Below the pieces are notes generated by a model. It saw only the letters and a program-made list of their open reading frames with translations, ran no database searches and was not told the DNA's origin. A DNA stretch of 63,375 nucleotides, filler included, from Octopus bimaculoides (Eukaryota): the NCBI RefSeq assembly GCF_001194135.2. It is 9 parts of 7 records of this genome, joined end to end, with 100 filler letters (N's around TTAATTAATTAA, not from the genome) between each part and the next. Parts side by side here need not be neighbours in the genome. Positions count along the whole stretch, not along the records: positions 18,920 to 36,124 come from NC_068986.1; positions 36,225 to 44,143 come from NW_026394617.1; 7 more parts are not named here. One strand, given 5' to 3'. The position numbers were made by a program, and so were the translations under genes. Numbering within the stretch: the first letter of the stretch is position 1; each line of letters opens with the position of its first letter. This document shows positions 25,614-36,661 of the stretch, one piece after another.

Positions 25614-26005
25614 CTACCACGAAATGAAAGCAAAATCATTAGGTGGAGGAGGAATTTTTATTAAGCAAACGAAAGTGGTTTCGTCGCTCACACGCACCAT
25701 CTTTGCTACATTCACCCACCTTTTTTTGAAACTTTCACGAGACAAGACCTGCCTCTCCATTCTCACCTTCCCTTTCAAGTGATACTTTAAAAAGTTGATG
25801 AGCGATTGGCCAGAGAAGTAAGTGTTTGTCTCTAATCTTTTCGCGCGAGTCCACCACACGCATTCTTTCACCATGGCCACCAATGCGATGAACACTGCCC
25901 TGCCTTCCCGGTTGAGGGAAGATGGTGGAGCAACCATAAAGACAGACTCGGCCGATAGGCGGACTCGCCCCGCACGTGACAGCAGCCGTACGGCGTAAGC
26001 CCACA
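25614..26005 (-). mobile_element. L1/Tx1-type LINE C-terminal ORF2 fragment, open frame
   Basis: WAYAVRLLSRAGRVRLSAESV..REGRAVFIALVAMVKECVWWTRAKRLETNTYFSGQSLINFLKYHLKGKVRMERQVLSRESFKKRWV; 5' truncation abuts (GATA)n. Confidence 0.65.
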
Positions 26006-26012
26006 GATAGAC

Positions 26013-26060
<48 letters not shown>

Positions 26061-26061
26061 C

Positions 26062-26129
<68 letters not shown>

Positions 26130-26150
26130 GATAGATCGATAGATAGATAG
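26006..26150. repeat. (GATA)n microsatellite
   Basis: Direct reading; a similar tract lies at about 62625-62690. Confidence 0.95.
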
Positions 26151-27059
26151 ATTGATATAGGAATTGAGTGATTGATTGTCTGATTGATTGATTGATTGAC
26201 CTTTCAATACTGCCTGTGTGGATTTTTATGTCTTCTCAAGAATCAAATGTTTCAGAAACATATACAAGTTCATCATACTATTTTCAAAACAACCGTCGCA
26301 TTTCCACAGTTACTGCTAATAAGTATAACTAGACATATATGCATACATACATACAAATGCACATACATATATAAATATATACGCACTCACGGCTATATAC
26401 GTATATAGTATACATGCATTTATACAGAAGCATCATATATTTATCTATACACATATGCATAGATTAGAATATACATATATATATTTGTAAAAAAGCAAAA
26501 ATAAAAAAAAAAACTATTTCTTCACGCGATGATCTTTGATAACAAGATTAACACAGATCTGTCGGAAAGAAAATTTGTGCAAGCTTTTTCTTCTTTATTC
26601 AGTATTTCAAGAACACGCGTTATAATGGAATTGGTTTTAGTAACGGTTTTCATTATTTCCGGAATAGTTTCAATTTGAAATTCATAAAAAATAAATTTCT
26701 CTTAACTTTCATATCATTTTCTTCCATTTTTTTTTTTTTTAATAAAAGGGAATAATTTGGATTTTCCCTTCGTAGAATTATCTAGTTGTAGAACTATAAA
26801 GTTGAATATTTCTATGAAATGTCAACGATAATGCTGAGGATAATGATGGCAGCGATGATGATGACGATGNNNNNNNNNNNNNNNNNNNNNNNNNNNNNNN
26901 NNNNNNNAGGAGGAGGGGGAGGGGGAGGGGGAGGAGGAGGAGGAGGACGACGACGACGACGACGACGATGATAATAACGACGATCCAGTTGGTGGCATTG
27001 GTGAGTGTGCTAAATAACACGACGATGGGAATGACTGTTGAATTGGTGATGACTGCATT

Positions 27060-27780
27060 TGTTTTCAAGAAGCCTTGAGAGAGGCGTACGATGTGTGGAG
27101 TAGGATGAGGCGGTTTATTCTAATAGCAGTGCTACGGATAATGGAGATGGTTGACGAGATTGCAATAAGATCTTTTATTTGTTGTTTATGTATTCTAAAC
27201 CGGTCGATTAAATTTGATCGTCTTTGGCCGATATAATTCTCGTTGTTTTCTGGACAATTGATGACGTAAATGAGATTTTTTTGTTGTGTGATTCATATTA
27301 GCATTAACCTTCAATTCTCTTCTCATTCTTGAATCTTTGAGTTTACCATCTTCATTCAATTCACATGTCCCAGAACAAAGGTGTTCTTATTTTGTTTGCT
27401 ACTTTATTTCTTCTTGTGATGGGAATTTCACCATTGCTAAGAGACTTTTAAGATTTTTCGGATGTCTTTGGCTGTCATAAATTGAGACTAATTACTTTCA
27501 TGATTGATAAAGAATTGGAAAGTACCTTTGGCTGATGTACCTTTGACGATGATATATATTCCGGGATTGTGTGATGACAACTGGAATATATTTGTTTGTG
27601 TCCTCCATTCAATGTGAAAGTATCTCAGTACGATAAAGGTTGGGAACACATTTGCCTTCATATCGCTTCATTTACGAAGATTTTCGGGTGTTCATATATC
27701 TGGAGAAATCTGTCCGTGTCATTTCGTTAGAGATCAGTTTTTGTTCCTCACTTCTTTCAATACGTAAATTCTTGGAAAAG
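27060..27780 (-). mobile_element. Decayed Penelope-like element 3' region with GIY-YIG endonuclease
   Basis: 27277-27170 translates NLIYVINCPENNENYIGQRRSNLIDRFRIHKQQIKD; upstream decayed linker motifs (YIPVVIT, VNANMN). Confidence 0.75.
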
Positions 27781-28330
27781 GTAGTTCACTTATGATTAAC
27801 TATGAATACACACACACACACACACACACATACACACACACACACATACACACACACACACACANNNNNNNNNNNNNNNNNNNNNNNNNNNNNNNNNNNN
27901 NNNNNNNNNNNNNNNNNNNNNNNNNNNNNNNNNNNNNNNNNNNNNNNNNNNNNNNNNNNNNNNNNNNNNNNNNNNNNNNNNNNNNNNNNNNNNNNNNNNN
28001 NNNNNNNNNNNNNNNNNNNNNNNNNNNNNNNNNNNNNNNNNNNNNNATATATATATATATATATATATACGAAATAGTATAGATAAAAACATATATGTAC
28101 ACACCTATGTACATAGTCATATGTAAACATTAAAAACTTACGGTATGCTAGTTAGAGACTCCTTCACGGAGTAATTGTTCCATATGTTACTTATACATTA
28201 TAACAAGAAACCCGTTGACAGACCGCTAATATTTATAGAATGTTAAAACACTTTCGATGTGCAAATTAGGGACTTCTTCATAGACTAACTGCTCCAATTG
28301 TTGAGTATATAAACAGTTTGGCTACTTGTT

Positions 28331-28432
28331 TCTCTGCAGACTATTAGAATAATGAGGACGCCTCTGATGAGAAACCAATAAAGTTCGAAAAATCGATTAA
28401 GATTGTTCATCATTTTTTTCAGTCTGCGGAGA
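28331..28432 (+). ncRNA. Degenerate type I hammerhead-like motif
   Basis: CTGATGA-G 28364-28371, C-GAAA 28386-28390, palindrome AATCGATT 28391-28398 then A; outer stem TCTCTGCAGACT/AGTCTGCGGAGA; one extra A in the core. Confidence 0.45.
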
Positions 28433-28595
28433 AATTTGCTTGTTTATAATTATAGCATATATTACGTGTAAATATATATATATTCTCCTACAATAATAGC
28501 AACAAGCATGCAAAATATTTATTGTCTAGTTCTGATGAGAAATTTACTAGAAAAATTGTAATGGAGTATTCTGCATGTTGAAGACCTACATGGCC

Positions 28596-28690
28596 TTATC
28601 CATCTGAGGAAGGCGGTGTATTTCAAATTGATGCAATGCTTGCACTGATTGATTAAATGGAGCCGCTTGAAACGGCCGTAATGAACCAAC
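28596..28690 (+). ncRNA. Type I hammerhead ribozyme motif with intact catalytic core
   Basis: CAT-CTGAGGA (28604-28610)-AGGCGG...CCGCTT-GAAA (28669-28672)-CGGCCG-TA-ATG; palindromic stem III ACGGCCGT, GUA triplet ending 28680; stem I only 3 bp plus mismatch. Confidence 0.6.
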
Positions 28691-29301
28691 ACCTCGACAT
28701 CCTTGTTATTTACTTGCTTTATATATATATATATATNNNNNNNNNNNNNNNNNNNNNNNNNNNNNNNNNNNNNNNNNNNNNNNNNNNNNNNNNNNNNNNN
28801 NNNNNNNNNNNNNNNNNNNNNNNNNNNNNNNNNNNNNNNNNNNNNNNNNNNNNNNNNNNNNNNNNNNNNNNNNNNNNNNNNNNNNNNNNNNNNNNNNNNN
28901 NNNNNNNNNNNNNNNNNNNNNNNNNNNNNNNNNNNNNNNNNNNNNNNNNNNNNNNNNNNNNNNNNNNNNNNNNNNNNNNNNNNNNNNNNNNNNNNNNNNN
29001 NNNNNNNNNNNNNNNNNNNNNNNNNNNNNNNNNNNNNNNNNNNNNNNNNNNNNNNNNNNATATACATGTATGTATATATGTGTATGAATTTATGCACGTA
29101 TGTGTGCATCAATCTTTTAAGTACATGTGTGTTCGTGTAGATTGATCATATATATGCATTCATATTATTTCACAGATAAGAAACCGATAGAGTAGTAGAA
29201 TGATGGTAAAGATTTTGCAAAAAGAACAGAGACATGATCTAGTGTCATACAAAGAGGAGGCGGAGGAGGCGGGGGAGGAGGAGGAGGAGGAGGAGGAGAT
29301 A

Positions 29302-29349
<48 letters not shown>

Positions 29350-29780
29350 CGAAGAGACAGAGAAAGTAAGTGAGTAAAAAAATGAGCATACGTATTTGAG
29401 ACAACGAGTAAATTACAAGAGCCAAGAAAATACATCTAATTAGATAATAGATATATACATACATACGCACACACATAGACACATACACACACATACACAC
29501 ACACACTCACATACACAGATACAAACACATACACACACGCACACACTCACATACATGATTACCGATTAACAGATATATATTTGAAAATAAAAGCATTTCA
29601 ATATATATATATATATATATGCATACATACATATATATATACATACATATATACATACATATATACATACTCACACACACACACACACACACACACACAA
29701 ATATATATATANNNNNNNNNNATATACATACATATATACATACTCACACACACACACACACACACACACACAAATATATA

Positions 29781-29816
<36 letters not shown>

Positions 29817-30676
29817 CGTATATGCATAGAGATGTCTTAAAACAAAATGGTTGTTATCTATGTAATGCAATAAAGAACCGTTTGTTGTTAATATATTCTT
29901 ATAACTACCAACTGTAGCGATGTTTCACTGTTGTTACATAACTTGAAGAGTCTATGTACAGACAACAGTCGCTCGAATGAGCTACCATAGATGAGCGTTA
30001 GTTATGTTATCCTTTGGGGAGTTCAGCCTATTTATTTTGTTTATTTTGAACGGAGGAATGAACTGATTTTTAATTGACATACATGTGATGCCCGTGTGTG
30101 TATGTTTAGATGTATGTATGGTTCTGTGGTTATATGTATCTTTGTATATATATGCATGCGTGTATATATATTTATGTATATGTGCATATACACGTGTATA
30201 TATATATATATATATATATNNNNNNNNNNNNNNNNNNNNNNNNNNNNNNNNNNNNNNNNNNNNNNNNNNNNNNNNNNNNNNNNNNNNNNNNNNNNNNNNN
30301 NNNNNNNNNNNNNNNNNNNNNNNNNNNNNNNNNNNNNNNNNNNNNNNNNNNNNNNNNNNNNNNNNNNNNNNNNNNNNNNNNNNNNNNNNNNNNNNNNNNN
30401 NNNNNNNNNNNNNNNNNNNNNNNNNNNNNNNNNNNNNNNNNNNNNNNNNNNNNNNNNNNNNNNNNNNNNNNNNNNNNNNNNNNNNNNNNNNNNNNNNNNN
30501 NNNNNNNNNNNNNNNNNNNNNNNNNNNNNNNNNNNNNNNNNNTGTATATATATATGGACATATATATATTTATGTGTATATAGTTACATATATATATATG
30601 CGCGCGCGATGATACGTATTCACATAAAACAACAAATGCATATATTTTCGCTTACACACGCATTAACTCCCTCGCA

Positions 30677-30716
<40 letters not shown>

Positions 30717-30899
30717 TAAGCTTATATAGATGAATGAATGCACAGATATTCATAGATACGTGCATACACACAAATATGTATTCGAGTGCGTGTGTGCTTG
30801 TTTACGCCCGAAGCTAAACGTAAATACACATATGACATACAAAACGTGTGCATCCACGCCTCGTGTCCTAAGTCACCCTAGTAAAGTACTCTTGGTTGC

Positions 30900-31780
30900 T
30901 CTGTGCCAGTTTGAGTCTAAAACAAGGGGTACAACGTCTTACTTGTCTCAACCCATTTCGCAAAACCGTGAGATATTCATCCAACGACGAAATGTCTGTA
31001 ACACAACGATCCTCTCTTTTGCAAAGAAAGCTTTTGTCCATCACGCAATTCCAAAAGTTTTGTATCTCTCAGGCTGTAGTGTCTACATATGGTCCCTTGC
31101 CGAACAGATTTTCATGAATTTCGTGATGTAAGCAGTACCCAACTCTTTCATTTTCCTCAGCACAAATGCTTGGCTTAGTTCTTGCATTACTTCCCTGAAA
31201 ATCTTACTTTTGATTCATTTGTTTCCCTTTTTCTCCTGTTTACACGGTTGAAGTGGAAATATCTGCAGGCGCATCAGGCAAACACAACCAACATCCCTAT
31301 CAATGCCCAGTCAATTACACTTAAACATTATACTTATCCCCAAAGTTTGCTCCTAATCCAACCAAACCCTTTAATCTCTGACTCACTCCAGAGTTATACT
31401 TTGACATTTGGAGGCACCCACTCACTGTGTCTCATTCCAAAGAATGTAACCCCGTCGACCTTCATGCGCGCCACTAAGATCACCAAAGCAATGCAGACAA
31501 CCATTAACAATTACGTCTTCCATCACCTTAAATCTTTCTCTTTCTTTAGTAAACCATTTTTACTTCTATAGAACCAGATACGCTGCAAATCTACTCCATT
31601 ATGCCACTCATCAGTGGAATCTCGCTTTAGACAAATTTGGGGAAGTAGTGTTGTTACACTAGACATCCGCTATTGTTTTAATCGCGCCTTCTGTACGAAT
31701 TTCCCGTCAAAACCTTCGATCGAGGACCTCCAACCACCTTTCATTTGGATGGAGGGACGATCGGTTACAAACCACACCTC
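30900..31780 (+). mobile_element. Old LINE ORF2 fragment (CR1-Zenon/Jockey-group-like linker and RT start)
   Basis: RNVCNTTILSFAKK..IWSLAEQIFMNF; CLIPKNVTPS..KAMQTTINNYVFHHLKS; LHYATHQWNLALDKFGEVV then TLDIRYCFNR (decayed LDISKAFDR). Confidence 0.55.
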
Positions 31781-31782
31781 TA

Positions 31783-31847
<65 letters not shown>

Positions 31848-31863
31848 TTTTCCTCTGTCTCCT

Positions 31864-31975
31864 GTTTCTGAAGAAGAGCTTTGCTCGAAACATAAAACTA
31901 CTATTCTTTCCTTCCCTGAACGTTTGTTAATAGTCCACATGTACTACGTCCTCACGTTGTGTTTTGTTTTCTTGT
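31864..31975 (+). ncRNA. Minimal hammerhead-like motif at the start of a short dispersed-repeat-like segment
   Basis: GTTT-CTGAAGA-A-GAGCtttGCTC-GAAA-C-A-TA-AAAC (31864-31898); stem III would be the palindrome ACGT with one G>A change. Confidence 0.5.
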
Positions 31976-32218
31976 GGTNNNNNNNNNNNNNNNNNNNNNN
32001 NNNNNNNNNNNNNNNNNNNNNNNNNNNNNNNNNNNNNNNNNNNNNNNNNNNNNNNNNNNNNNNNNNNNNNNNNNNNNNNNNNNNNNNNNNNNNNNNNNNN
32101 NNNNNNNNNNNNNNNNNNNNNNNNNNNNNNNNNNNNNNNNNNNNNNNNNNNNNNNNNNNNNNNNNNNNNNNNNNNNNNNNNNNNNNNNTATATATATATA
32201 TATATATATGTGTATATG

Positions 32219-32380
32219 CGACGGGATTCTTTCAGTTTCCGACTACCAGATCTACTTACAAAGCTTTTGTTGGCCCGAGGCTATAGCAGAAGACAACTGT
32301 CCAAGGTGCCATGCAGTGGGATTGAACACTGAACTATGTGTTTGTGAAGCAAGCTTCTTACCGCAGAGCCAAGCCTGCGC
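32219..32380 (-). mobile_element. SINE family B head fragment
   Basis: Matches 1140-1293 (TTCAGTTTCCG..CCAAGGTGCCATGCAGTGGGA..AAGCAAGCTTCTTACC). Confidence 0.8.
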
Positions 32381-32759
32381 TTGATATGGAATACAAAAGA
32401 AAGAAAGAGAGAGAGAGAGAGAGAGACAGCCGAGTGGTAATGTCAATAGATCAGTCAGGCTCAGAGAAGCAGAGGCCATTATAGAAGCGAGGGAAGACAG
32501 AGAGACGAAAGCATGGTGGTTGGCCGGAAGCCGGCGGAGGGTAGCCGTGAGCTTTTTTTGCCATTTTTCTCAGGATTCTCACAAATGCGAAGGGAATGGT
32601 TGAAGTGTGAGAATCTCATTTTACTTTTGGATATAAAGTCTACAGAAGTACGAAATATCAAATGCAGCCTTCAAAAGAGCTGTAGCTGCTATTCCTATGA
32701 GGATGAGGATGATAAATGATGATCGAAGTGGTGGTGGTGGCAGCGGTAAACAGTTTATT

Positions 32760-33004
32760 GCTATTGTTGTTGTTGCTGCTCTTCTTTATTTTTTCTTCTA
32801 CTAATACTTTTCCATCATCCTCTTCTTCGTGTTCTACTTCATCTTCTTCTTCTTCTTCTTCATCTTCTTCTTCTCCTCCTCCTCCTTCTCCTTCTTCTTC
32901 TTCTTCTTCTTCTTCTTCTTCTTCTTCTTCTTCATCTTCTTGATAATAGTGATGCTGCTGCTGCTGAAGATGATCATTATATTAATGCCGACGAAGATAA
33001 TAAC

Positions 33005-33051
<47 letters not shown>

Positions 33052-33068
33052 AAGTAGTAGTAGTAGTT

Positions 33069-33111
<43 letters not shown>

Positions 33112-33885
33112 AAGTAGTAGTAATAGTAGTAGTAGTAGTAGTAGTANNNNNNNNNNNNNNNNNNNNNNNNNNNNNNNNNNNNNNNNNNNNNNNNNNNNNN
33201 NNNNNNNNNNNNNNNNNNNNNNNNNNNNNNNNNNNNNNNNNNNNNNNNNNNNNNNNNNNNNNNNNNNNNNNNNNNNNNNNNNNNNNNNNNNNNNNNNNNN
33301 NNNNNNNNNNNNNNNNNNNNNNNNNNNNNNNNNNNNNNNNNNNNNNNNNNNNNNNNNNNNNNNNNNNNNNNNNNNNNNNNNNNNNNNNNNNNNNNNNNNN
33401 NNNNNNNNNNNNNNNNNNNNNNNNNNNNNNNNNNNNNNNNNNNNNNNNNNNNNNNNNNNNNNNNNNNNNNNNNNNNNNNNNNNNNNNNNNNNNNNNNNNN
33501 NNNNNNNNNNNNNNNNNNNNNNNNNNNNNNNNNNNNNNNNNNNNNNNNNNNNNNNNNNNNNNNNNNNNNNNNNNNNNNNNNNNNNNNNNNNNNNNNNNNN
33601 NNGTGGTGATCGTGGTGGTGGTGGTGGTGGTGGTGGTAGTGGTGGTGGGGTAGTAGTGATGATGATTATGATGGTGATGGTGGTGGTCGTGGTGGTGATA
33701 GTGGTGGTGGTGGTGATGATGATGATGATGACGATGGTGATGATGATGATGTTGATGATGAGGATGAGGATGAAGATGACGAAGACGACGGCGACACCGA
33801 CGGCGGCGATGACGACGACGACGATGATGACGATGATGATGAGGTAGAGGAGAAGGAGGAGGAGAAGGAGGAGGAGGAGGAGACC
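32760..33885. repeat. Compound trinucleotide microsatellite block (TCT, AGT, GGT, GAT, GAC, GGA) with gap
   Basis: Direct reading. Confidence 0.95.
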
Positions 33886-34279
33886 AATCAAAAGTACAGC
33901 AGGGTGTGGATAGCAATGATAACCACTGATAATGCAGAGGATACGGGAAGATATCTACCGAAAAGATCATCAATCTAGCTGCGAGATCAAACATACGGCC
34001 ATTACTGTATCGATTACAATTAGATCGCGATAACTCTGTCACAATGACTTCGTTTATATATATTCACATATATATATTTATATATTGTATTTCTTAGCTT
34101 TTTTTAAAAAAAACAATGGCGTCAGTTGATAGAAGTTTCCAATAATCTATCGCTGGTTCACCGGGTTTTGGACAGCGAGAATGACAACGCAATGTAAACA
34201 GTTTTTTGCTTCGTCGTCCATAAACAAGTGAAACATACAAGAACAGATGCGTATATAAATACACATGCACACGCATATA

Positions 34280-34320
<41 letters not shown>

Positions 34321-35279
34321 TGTGTGTGTGTGTGTGTGTCTGTGTGTGTGTATGACATTGTTGTTGTTGGCACTCCGTCGCTTACGACGTCGAGGGTTCC
34401 AGNNNNNNNNNNNNNNNNNNNNNNNNNNNNNNNNNNNNNNNNNNNNNNNNNNNNNNNNNNNNNNNNNNNNNNNNNNNNNNNNNNNNNNNNNNNNNNNNNN
34501 NNNNNNNNNNNNNNNNNNNNNNNNNNNNNNNNNNNNNNNNNNNNNNNNNNNNNNNNNNNNNNNNNNNNNNNNNNNNNNNNNNNNNNNNNNNNNNNNNNNN
34601 NNNNNNNNNNNNNNNNNNNNNNNNNNNNNNNNNNNNNNNNNNNNNNNNNNNNNNNNNNNNNNNNNNNNNNNNNNNNNNNNNNNNNNNNNNNNNNNNNNNN
34701 NNNNNNNNNNNNNNNNNNNNNNNNNNNNNNNNNNNNNNNNNNNNNNNNNNNNNNNNNNNNNNNNNNNNNNNNNNNNNNNNNNNNNNNNNNNNNNNNNNNN
34801 NNNNNNNNNNNNNNNNNNNNNNNNNNNNNNNNNNNNNNNNNNNNNNNNNNNNNNNNNNNNNNNNNNNNNNNNNNNNNNNNNNNNNNNNNNNNNNNNNNNN
34901 NNNNNNNNNNNNNNNNNNNNNNNNNNNNNNNNNNNNNNNNNNNNNNNNNNNNNNNNNNNNNNNNNNNNNNNNNNNNNNNNNNNNNNNNNNNNNNNNNNNN
35001 NNNNNNNNNNNNNNNNNNNNNNNNNNNNNNNNNNNNNNNNNNNNNNNNNNNNNNNNNNNNNNNNNNNNNNNNNNNNNNNNNNNNNNNNNNNNNNNNNNNN
35101 NNNNNNNNNNNNNNNNNNNNNNNNNNNNNNNNNNNNNNNNNNNNNNNNNNNNNNNNNNNNNNNNNNNNNNNNNNNNNNNNNNNNNNNNNNNNNNNNNNNA
35201 TATATATATATATATACACACATGCACACATACAGATATACTATGAGCCTTCACGGATATTACTACATAAAGACAGTCA

Positions 35280-35525
35280 TAACTACATACACACAGAAGC
35301 CAATATACAGACACTAACACAATTGTGCACACACACGTAACTTACACAGTCACAAATATGCACACAATCGTACATGCACATATAACAATCACACATACAT
35401 ACAGAATCATACATATAGTCTCAATCGCACATACACACACGATCACACATACGCACACAATCACACATACATACACAATCAGACATGTACACGCAATCAC
35501 ACATACACAAACAATCACACAGGTA
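35280..35525. repeat. AC-derived minisatellite, about 18-bp unit (AATCACACATACACACAC-like)
   Basis: AATC recurs at about 18-bp spacing within AC-rich sequence. Confidence 0.6.
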
Positions 35526-35572
35526 CGGTGTGTCTCCTCCACTGCAATGTTATCATTCACGTGGAGGCGCCG

Positions 35573-35790
35573 ACCTGGTAGAATCGTTAGCACGCCGGTC
35601 AAAATGCTTAGCCATATTTCGTTTGTCTTCACCATCTTGAGTTCAACTTCTGCCGAGGTAAACTTTGCATTTCAGCTTTTCGCGATCGATATCATAAATA
35701 TCAATTGTGTACAGGGACCGAAGTAATCACCTTATACCTCCACCCCACCCTACCCTCGAAAACTGCTGGCCTTCTGCCAAACTTTGAACC
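35573..35790 (+). mobile_element. Old SINE family A copy
   Basis: GGCGCCGACCTGGTAGAATCGTTAGCACGCCGGTCAAAATGCTTAGCC head and decayed body. Confidence 0.7.
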
Positions 35791-35913
35791 AATATTATTA
35801 TTTACATGACAAGAAATTTCATATTCCTTGTTGATTGTATTCTGTACAATAAATTGTTTTGTGCCGTGGAAGCATTTTTTTAATTCTCAGTGTAAATCCA
35901 AGTACACAAACTT

Positions 35914-36029
35914 GAATGGGACAAGAACGCAAAACATCCAGACAGTTAGGTGATGCAAGAAAGGGACAAAGTTTTGTCCCTTTCTTGTATCATCTAACTG
36001 TCTGGATGTTTTGCGTTCTTGTTCCATTC
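35914..36029. repeat. 116-bp near-perfect palindrome (58-bp arms, 4 mismatches)
   Basis: Left arm GAATGGGACAAGAACG..GGGACAAAG vs right arm TTTTGTCCC..TTGTTCCATTC; all four mismatches are left G opposite right T. Confidence 0.9.
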
Positions 36030-36034
36030 TGTAT

Positions 36035-36068
<34 letters not shown>

Positions 36069-36569
36069 CACGCACAGAGGGGGCGTCAGAAATAACGCCC
36101 TTTGAGTTTTCTAATTTCTAATAANNNNNNNNNNNNNNNNNNNNNNNNNNNNNNNNNNNNNNNNNNNNTTAATTAATTAANNNNNNNNNNNNNNNNNNNN
36201 NNNNNNNNNNNNNNNNNNNNNNNNAACAAGTGCAGTCTCCGCTCGCTCAGTTCACGTGTTTATCTAGTTGTGGCAGCATCCCTGTTGTGTTTTTCCCAGT
36301 GTTTTTGTTTGGTTTGGTTTTGTGCATTTTTTGCCATTATTTTATAATAGTTAGTTGTGTTCGCCATGGGTCCTAAGAAGATTAATGCAAAGACAGTGCA
36401 GTATTTACAGGATTACGTGAATGAATGACCGAGACAGAATATGTCACTAATGAGGCGAAATCACGCCGAAACTATAAAAAGAATTTTTTCTCCGATACAA
36501 TGTTCTATAGCAAACACCTTCCATGTTCTAGCGTACAGTAATGTGTTAAAATTAAATGCACAAATCTTA

Positions 36570-36611
<42 letters not shown>

Positions 36612-36621
36612 NNNNNNNNNN

Positions 36622-36661
<40 letters not shown>

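Noticed and set aside
32716-34042. Poly-S/T/V/H/L ORFs resembling low-complexity proteins
   Set aside because: Open in several frames on both strands; explained by the compound trinucleotide microsatellite
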